Positions 59,901-64,000 of a stretch of 64,000 nucleotides of DNA are shown here, piece after piece. The notes below the pieces were generated by a model. That model saw only the letters and a list, made by a program, of their open reading frames with translations. It made no database searches and had not been told where the DNA came from. The DNA is from Rhynchobatus australiae (Eukaryota): the NCBI GenBank assembly GCA_034780895.1, contig JAUZTB010000068.1, positions 18,646,565-18,710,564 on the forward strand. The letters run 5' to 3'. The position numbers and the translations under genes are program-made. How positions within the stretch are numbered: the first letter of the stretch is position 1; each line of letters starts with the position of its first letter.

Positions 59901-61634
59901 AGAGTGCCACCCTTGATTCAACAGGATGCACCTTTGTATCCAACATGCTATCCTCTGCCTTTACTACGAGTGGAGTCCTGTAATCATTTAATGTGTCTGT
60001 TTCCTTATTTTCAGTATTACATCAGTTTCCAAGGGCACACAATTTCTAACGATTCTCCTCATTGCACAATTGAAAAAAATTGTGTTCATTAAAAATTATT
60101 TCTTTTTCTTCAACACCTTTTACTGCAGCTTGTGCATCTCCCACTAGTTCTCTGCTTTTACTTTGCAATCCAGTGCACACTTTCTATTACTTTAATGTTG
60201 TCCATTACCTCTTGTGTCTTCTTTGGCAATTTTTTAAAAATCTGGCAAGTAGAACTATTATCCCTTTGAGTCATCATTCTTTTCCAAACATCTCCCTGCT
60301 GCTTTATTCATTATGGATTTTCATAATTTACCATGGGTATTCTGTTTCATCCTACTGAAGTCACAATCTCCCTCTCAAAACAAGGAAACCATCATATAAT
60401 ATTCATTGTCAGATAAGCATTCATACATCATTCCATTGTTAATTAGATCAAGTTCATTGTTCTGTATTAAATCTTTTTACTGAGACAATATGTCGCAGAA
60501 GCAAACTATCCTGAACACAAGAAATTTACTGCCATTCTGACATTATTCTATTTGTTCCACTCTTTTAGGGAAGTTAACCTTAATCCCATCACCTCCAACA
60601 TTAAAGACATTCGACTATTATGCAAGTCTAACTTCTTTCTGTATTTTCTGTCATTTTGTATATGGCTACCAGGAGACCCAAGCAGAACACTAACACTAAA
60701 TCTTCTTCTGTTTCATACAAGAATTTATGATCTTCATTACCGGCTTATCTTTGCTACATCATTTCAAACAGAAATGCAGCATTACATATTGATAAATGTA
60801 AATATTTAATTCTATGCACAATGTTCCACATGTAAATTGAAAATTCTGTCTACCTTATCACCATCTTCTCTATCAATGGTTTATCGTGTTGTTCACCCAA
60901 TATCCAGTTCCACATGAACACATATCGCCTCCAGGCAAATATGAGAAATAACATGATCATCACCTTCAAAGCCCGGTATCACTGTTATTCCTTAGCCACA
61001 AGGAAACTACTTCAGCACCTGCTTCATCAATATCACCCAATTCTGCCACTGCCTCAAGTATAGCTTTCATCCATGCCTACATCATCTTCAGACATAATTA
61101 TCCCAATGTTAACTCAACCAGACTCCTACTCCACATAAACTTAAGCTCACCCAAAACACTGCTGCCTGTATTTTAACTCGTGTCATCCATTTATTCTTTA
61201 AACCAGTGCTTGATGACCTACATTGACTCCCAGTTTTAAAATTCTTGCCCTTGTTTTCTGATCCTTCTGCTTTGCCAAACTCAGTCTTTGGGTTCTTGGT
61301 ACTGTTTCAATTCTGGCACCTTGTGCATTCCTGATATTAATCATCTCACCTCTTGAGGTCATCATCACATATCACACTCATCTCAAAACTTACCTTCATC
61401 CAAGCTTTGTCATCTGTCCTAATAGTGCCACATAAAGAGATAATTTGTGTGATATTGATCCATTGAAGTGTTTTGGAATGTTTTACCATGTTAAAGATAC
61501 TCCATTAATAAACACTGTTACTGAATAAACTTGGAACACAATACCTTTTTCTCAAGACATTCTGCAAATTTCAACTGTTTTAGAAGTTTCTTCTGCTTGT
61601 TGCTGAAACGGTTGTCTTGTTCTGCACTGGTTCC
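26882..61634 (-). CDS. SRRM1: Serine/arginine repetitive matrix protein 1 (SRm160), multi-exon, 5'-partial (coding exon 1 outside window)
   Basis: complement(join(26882..26983,27885..28085,29121..29319,29798..30184,31665..31754,38453..38603,43029..43106,44218..44486,46569..46697,46787..46975,48683..48898,50922..51034,52809..52979,55853..55975,61545..61634)) = 2508 nt, in frame, all GT-AG. Encodes the PWI domain (NLEVIKPWIT...MQINLTGFL), RS/SP repeats, the KKDKKHKK tract and C-terminal LDDLEKHLREKALRSMRK. Confidence 0.97.
27160..27450 (-). mobile_element. V-SINE, reverse orientation, in last SRRM1 intron
   Basis: GGGATGCGGAAGGAAATGGGGCACTTGGGGAAATCCCATGCAGTCACAGCAAGAATGTGCAAGCTCCAC. Confidence 0.65.
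27885..28085 (-). CDS. SRRM1: SRRM1 exon 16 (ISDQEAGGKKKKKKKDKKHKKDKKHKKHKKHKKEK...EPTK)
   Basis: TGAAG|ATC...AAG|GTGAG, 201 nt; inside ORF 27858..28106. Confidence 0.95.
28863..29104 (+). mobile_element. V-SINE with alternative tail ending ATATCTTATCTTAT
   Basis: B box GGTTCAATTCC and V domain; tail shared with 1352-1507. Confidence 0.8.
29121..29319 (-). CDS. SRRM1: SRRM1 exon 15 (ISPNVQVVRRATSSRSISRSPEPAPKK...SPSPVK)
   Basis: CTCAG|GATC...AAG|GTAAT, 199 nt; overlaps ORF 29061..29297. Confidence 0.94.
29798..30184 (-). CDS. SRRM1: SRRM1 exon 14 (SPSPPPRRRSASPRRYSPPIQRRYTPSP...RPIRRVSRTPEPKKPK)
   Basis: TTTAG|ATCA...AAAAA|GTAAG, 387 nt. The true frame differs from the ORF-track frame. Confidence 0.95.
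30350..30401. repeat. Perfect 26-bp tandem duplication
   Basis: CATGGCCATAGAAATAAAAAAAATTC x2. Confidence 0.9.
31665..31754 (-). CDS. SRRM1: SRRM1 exon 13 (RRRSPSPPPRRRRTPSPPRRRRSPSPLRR)
   Basis: TATAG|GAGG...GCAG|GTTAG, 90 nt; inside ORF 31451..31765. Confidence 0.93.
32944..33060. mobile_element. Degenerate Penelope-type fold-back remnant
   Basis: AACAGAAAATGCC...CAGGTCAAGCCGCATC followed by CTGCTGAATG...GATTTCCAGCATCT. Confidence 0.45.
33922..33959 (-). CDS. SRRM1: SRRM1 alternative cassette exon, 5' end in N-gap (..PLGKRWHFPVAK)
   Basis: Minus strand reads CCG CTT GGA AAG AGG TGG CAC TTC CCA GTG GCG AAA AG|GTTGGT, a phase-2 end. Resembles the recalled mammalian alternative peptide MQMGKRWQSPVTKS at the same position. 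Acceptor is hidden by Ns from 33960. Confidence 0.75.
34984..35029. repeat. (GT)n microsatellite plus poly-G tract
   Basis: Seen directly beside a gap. Confidence 0.85.
35130..37700 (-). mobile_element. Cluster of degenerate CR1/L2-group LINE fragments
   Basis: Repeated CCATCACTTTG..GATGA..AGTAGACTG-type segments, the reverse of a PISLLSIISKVME-like RT motif. Confidence 0.5.
38453..38603 (-). CDS. SRRM1: SRRM1 exon 12 (ESGSSSSSEDEAPKRSSAKNGEVRRRRHRS...KDFSP)
   Basis: CACAG|AGTCT...CCAAG|GTAAG, 151 nt, phase 1 to 2. Confidence 0.94.
40980..41528. mobile_element. Penelope-type element with long inverted arms
   Basis: 41046-41210 is the approximate reverse complement of 41233-41427, followed by the family 3' end. 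Confidence 0.7.
41640..42600 (+). mobile_element. Degenerate LINE fragment of the same family as 35130-37700
   Basis: ORF 42367..42585 contains SNPNNYYPISLGLISCKLMKG (NYRPISL-like motif). Confidence 0.55.
43029..43106 (-). CDS. SRRM1: SRRM1 exon 10 (APKRKGSVKHESVSPPKPRRSEPSDS)
   Basis: GATAG|CACC...TCAG|GTCAGT, 78 nt, phase 1 to 1; resembles the recalled mammalian ...ESPSPAPKPRKVELSES exon. Confidence 0.88.
43569..44167 (+). mobile_element. 5'-truncated L1-type LINE (ORF2 C-terminus plus 3' UTR)
   Basis: Translates CLNLEKIRSDTVDPLLKF*DIWSPFIQYFHII*, then a T-rich UTR, AATAAA and A-rich tail. Perfect 15-bp TSD AGAAGTATTCTAATC at 43554-43568 and 44168-44182. Confidence 0.85.
44218..44486 (-). 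CDS. SRRM1: SRRM1 exon 9 (RRSPSVSSSGSSSSSSSRSRSPPKK...SVSPARP)
   Basis: CATAG|GCGT...CCAG|GTAAG, 269 nt; inside ORF 44177..44593. Confidence 0.95.
45458..45770. mobile_element. Penelope-type fold-back element with perfect 14-bp TSD
   Basis: TSD AATCATCTTCAATA at 45444-45457 and 45771-45784; contains a 100-N gap. Confidence 0.75.
46569..46697 (-). CDS. SRRM1: SRRM1 exon 8 (SYSPRRRSSPRRRSPPRRRSPPRRLPPLPPPSRHRRSRSPIR)
   Basis: TTCAG|GTCC...AAG|GTATAC, 129 nt; follows an 89-nt intron. Confidence 0.94.
46787..46975 (-). CDS. SRRM1: SRRM1 exon 7 (DILKEIKPST...RSRSRSKSKSRSRSRSHSRPRRRPRSRS)
   Basis: TATAG|TGAC...AAG|GTAAA, 189 nt. Confidence 0.94.
47550..48560 (+). mobile_element. Degenerate CR1 remnant (ORF1 esterase-like and RT pieces)
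   Basis: GTGGTAATCAAGGATAGTAATGTCAAAGGGATA and TGTTGCCTGCCTGAAAGCCAGGGT resemble the GDSIVRG and CLPGARV motifs; later GGAATCCAAGGG...TGGATAAAAAAATGGCT. Confidence 0.5.
48683..48898 (-). CDS. SRRM1: SRRM1 exon 6 (RKSRSPSPRRRSPARRERKRSPSRSPRRR...PEATST)
   Basis: TACAG|ACGG...ACAAG|GTTTAC, 216 nt, phase 2 to 2; joins exon 7 to give EATSTSDILK. Confidence 0.93.
49345..49610. mobile_element. Penelope-type fold-back element (older subfamily)
   Basis: CTGAGACCCTTC (49469-49480) and AAAGGGTCTCAG (49493-49504) form the palindrome centre; family arms on both sides. Confidence 0.6.
50205..50308 (-). mobile_element. V-SINE 3' fragment (CR1-type tail)
   Basis: TACAGCATGGTAACAGGCCCTTCCGGCCCAACGAG is the reverse complement of the tail at ~22180-22212. 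Confidence 0.65.
50922..51034 (-). CDS. SRRM1: SRRM1 exon 5 (IEQEKLATMKKQDEEKEKKDKEDKENREKRDRSRSPK)
   Basis: TACAG|ATT...AG|GTGAT, 113 nt, phase 0 to 2. Confidence 0.95.
52809..52979 (-). CDS. SRRM1: SRRM1 exon 4, PWI domain (NPDAKLMQINLTGFLNGKNAR...EEIKQRQ)
   Basis: TGCAG|AAT...CAG|GTAAC, 171 nt; inside ORF 52761..52994. Confidence 0.97.
55853..55975 (-). CDS. SRRM1: SRRM1 exon 3, PWI domain (VDMNKVNLEVIKPWITQRVTEMLGFEDDVVIEFIFNHLEEK)
   Basis: TTCAG|GTG...AAG|GTAAT, 123 nt; overlaps ORF 55781..55975; contains the PWI signature. Confidence 0.97.
56488..56637 (-). mobile_element. CR1 LINE ORF2 C-terminal fragment
   Basis: MMLQLYRTLVRPHLKYCVQFWSPHYRKDVEASERVQRRFTRMLP. Confidence 0.9.
56844..57017. 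mobile_element. Penelope-type fold-back element with two inverted hammerhead-like motifs
   Basis: 56888-56913 and 56924-56949 are inverted copies (24/26); 12/14 TSD at 56830-56843 and 57018-57031. Confidence 0.75.
57558..58053 (+). mobile_element. CR1 LINE 3' end
   Basis: DVEALERV...MRGIDRVDSRYLFPRV; 3' UTR ends TATGTTCTATGTTCTA. Confidence 0.9.
58054..58356 (+). mobile_element. Second, older CR1 3' end
   Basis: RETFFTQRVVSTWNVLPETVVEAG motif; tail GGGCTGAATGGCCTG...TATGATTCTAT. Confidence 0.8.
58489..58734 (+). mobile_element. tRNA-derived V-SINE with CR1-type tail
   Basis: GGCACGGTAGTGTAGCGGTTAG...GGTTCAATTCC...GGGTTTCCTCCGGGTGCTCTGGTTTCCTCCCACATTCCAAAGA. Confidence 0.85.
60840..61522 (+). 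mobile_element. L2 LINE 3' remnant
   Basis: Degenerate IHA...KLKLTQNTAACILT...VLDDLH*LPV motifs followed by an L2-type tail. Confidence 0.6.
61545..61634 (-). CDS. SRRM1: SRRM1 exon 2 (GTSAEQDNRFSNKQKKLLKQLKFAECLEKK)
   Basis: TATAG|GGA...AAG|GTATT, 90 nt. Not in the ORF track; read by hand. Matches the recalled SRRM1 N-terminus. Confidence 0.96.
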
Positions 61635-61884
61635 CTATAAAATAGAAAATACTAAGTAAAGTGCCTTGTGCCATGACAATTAAGCTTTAATTTGTTTTTG
61701 AAGATGAATTGCAACTCAATTCCCCTTTTTGTTGTTTCACCAATTACAGATTTGCCCAGAAATCGTAATATCAATCTTGTAGAAAAATCACATCTCTGGA
61801 GTAACAGAGGTCATATAGTACCTTTCATGTCACTTTCAGGAAAACTCAAACCATGTCACAGCCAATTAAATACAAGTGCTGTCA

Positions 61885-62200
61885 TTGTTAAAATACAGTA
61901 ATCACAACAGTTAATTTGCACACAAGACACCACAACCAGCATTTAGATAATGATCAAGTAACTAATAAATGTTAAGTGAGGGAAAAGCATTGGCCAGTAT
62001 ACTGGTGATATCTCCCTTGTTTTTCAAAACAGCACCCCAGGATCATCACATCCAGCTAAGAACACAGACAAAACTTTAGCTTCATGTTTAATCCAAAAGA
62101 TAGCATCTTCAATAGCGCAGCACTTCCTCAGCGCAGCACTGCAATGAAATGTTGGCCGACATTTTTTATACGCTCATCTTTAGAAAGGGATTTAGATCAA
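61885..62200 (-). mobile_element. Deu-domain SINE remnant in SRRM1 intron 1
   Basis: TGAGGGAAAAGCATTGGCCAG...CCAAAAGATAGCATCTTCAATAGCGCAGCACTTCCTCAG. Confidence 0.5.
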
Positions 62201-63539
62201 CAAACATAACCCAGGGCAAGAATCTAACAACAAATCAACTTCTAATACATGAAGTGAAGGTCCTCTAAGATTTGGATTGAGAGTACAGAATGCCAACAAC
62301 GTGTAAATTCGCCAACAAATGAAAATAAGAAAATCTCAAAAATGTGTTACATAATTTATACCACTCCAATGCTTGCTTCACACAGAGTACATCTTGTCCT
62401 TTTCGTGATGTTCAAAAGCTTGCCATTTGCCTGCTAATTACCTGTGGAAAGCCCCAATGAAAGCTCCAGAGTAAAAGCACAAATGCCCTGTCAATGCAAC
62501 ACTAACTGTTCAGTAACATCAATATAATTTAAGCTATTAAAAGAAATAAATTGCTTCAATTTCAAGAGGTGCAACAATTCCAGTTTATCTCCTTCTCTAC
62601 CCTCCTTTTCTCAATCATCAAATCTGATTGGTTAACCATTGGTCCAGACATTCTCTTGAGCCTCAGATCCCCATAACATATATTAGTTTTCAGTTGCAGC
62701 ATGCACAAGTTGCCCCAGGAAGATCCTGTCCAAAATGTATACCTAATCTGCTACTGAATCATAAAATAAGAAACAGGTTGTCACTAATTAAATAAATCAT
62801 TAATGTGGCTGCCTAAATGTTACCTCTCTATTCTAAAACTGAAATAGATAATACACAAATGGCAACAGCCAATGAAAGCTTGAATATGCCATGGCATTCT
62901 CAATTGAAGAAAAATGACTGTGATGTAATCACTGTCAATGTGCTCATTTTTTAAATTTACAATTAATGGCTGGAATACCTAGTCATACACTAAATTCCAA
63001 AATATTGATATAAATTCTTCCACTAATGCCACGCAGTAAACTCAGTCTGTGATTTATTTTCGTTAGAAATATTTTAATAACCTAAACTATCAGGTTAACA
63101 ATCTAATAATAAACCCTTCTTGTATGTCAATACAAAGTAAATTAGAAGCAACATTTAACAAAATGTCCAGATTTAGTGTGGTTAAATGTTTAATTACATT
63201 AACACCAGTAGAAGAATCCAAATTTAAAGTATTACTTTAACAGTACTATGCTGTGGGGAATTTCTTACTCTAGAGATCAAATCAGATTGTCAAGGAACAC
63301 CAAACAATAAACAGAACAGGTTAAAAGAAATGAAAATGTATATAATAGATAGATGTGCATTGATTTGACATTAAACTCAGTTCAAGGAGTTTGATACTTG
63401 TCCTATCAGTTTAAAATTTATAAACACCTGCTTGTTAAAAGGATAGAAAACTGTCAACCAGACAGGCCGAATACATAATTTATGGAGCAAAAGATTCTGA
63501 CCACCTACCTGCACTATACCAAGACTATATTTGTCCTCC

Positions 63540-64000
63540 TCTGTAACAAAAATCAAATTCCATTTCTGCCAATGCCCCCATCAATGTCTCTTATCACTGC
63601 CCTTAACTTTCTTTGCATACAGCTGACCAGGGTCCTTCATTCTGATCTCAGTAAACTTCAGGTCATCCAAAACTCTTCTGCCCACACCCTGACTCACCTG
63701 TTACATTCACCCAATCTTTCATCTTGGTTTTCAAAATCCCCTACTATACTATCTCTCTCCACTCCTGTGATTGCTTTCAGACCTATAAACCTCCAACATA
63801 TGACCCTTCCAATCTGGGCCTCTCAATCATCCCCAGTTTTAACTGCTCCAACAGTGACTGTGCTTCTAGCTGCCATAAATTCTGGAATTTTCAACTTAAA
63901 ACTTCTTCACCTCGTTTCTCCTTTAAAAAGTTTCTCAAAACCCCTCTCCGTCTGATCTTAAAGTCCATTACTTCCTTATTTGGTTTGGTGTTATGTACTG
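63540..64000 (+). mobile_element. L2 LINE 3' remnant
   Basis: ORF 63482..63955 contains KLQVIQNSSAHTLT (LQxIQNSAARIL-like motif). Confidence 0.6.

Noticed and set aside
63482-63955. 157-aa plus-strand ORF
   Set aside because: Degenerate L2 ORF2 remnant antisense in SRRM1 intron 1, not a host gene.
61635-64000. Search for SRRM1 exon 1 and promoter
   Set aside because: No MDAGFFR-coding exon or CpG island is visible; the region is intron 1 with SINE and L2 remnants.
1-64000. CRISPR arrays, operons or prokaryotic defence systems
   Set aside because: The sequence is eukaryotic, with spliceosomal introns and vertebrate retroelements; no repeat-spacer array seen.

Overview
AT-rich, repeat-dense vertebrate genomic DNA from a gapped scaffold. 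The repeat families (V-SINE, Deu-SINE, LF-SINE-like, CR1, L2, Penelope-type ends) point to a cartilaginous fish, probably a ray or shark (inference). The one gene I can support is SRRM1 (SRm160; PWI domain plus RS/P-rich splicing coactivator) on the minus strand. I traced 15 GT-AG exons from 61634 down to the TGA at 26882; they join into one open frame of 2508 nt. Coding exon 1 lies beyond the window end. The expected exon 11 is not visible and probably sits in the N-gap at 39322-39818. A short cassette exon resembling a mammalian alternative exon is cut by a gap at 33960. Positions 1-25600 look intergenic and are mostly transposon remnants. The most striking non-gene signal is a family of at least 14 short Penelope-type elements. 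Their consensus carries a minimal hammerhead-ribozyme-like motif, several have 11-15 bp target-site duplications (TSDs), and several fold back at or near that motif. No copy here has an intact catalytic core. A young L1 3' fragment with a perfect 15-bp TSD sits 35 bp from an SRRM1 splice donor. Exon numbers follow the human gene as I recall it. Repeat-family names are from recognition, not database search, and repeat boundaries are approximate.
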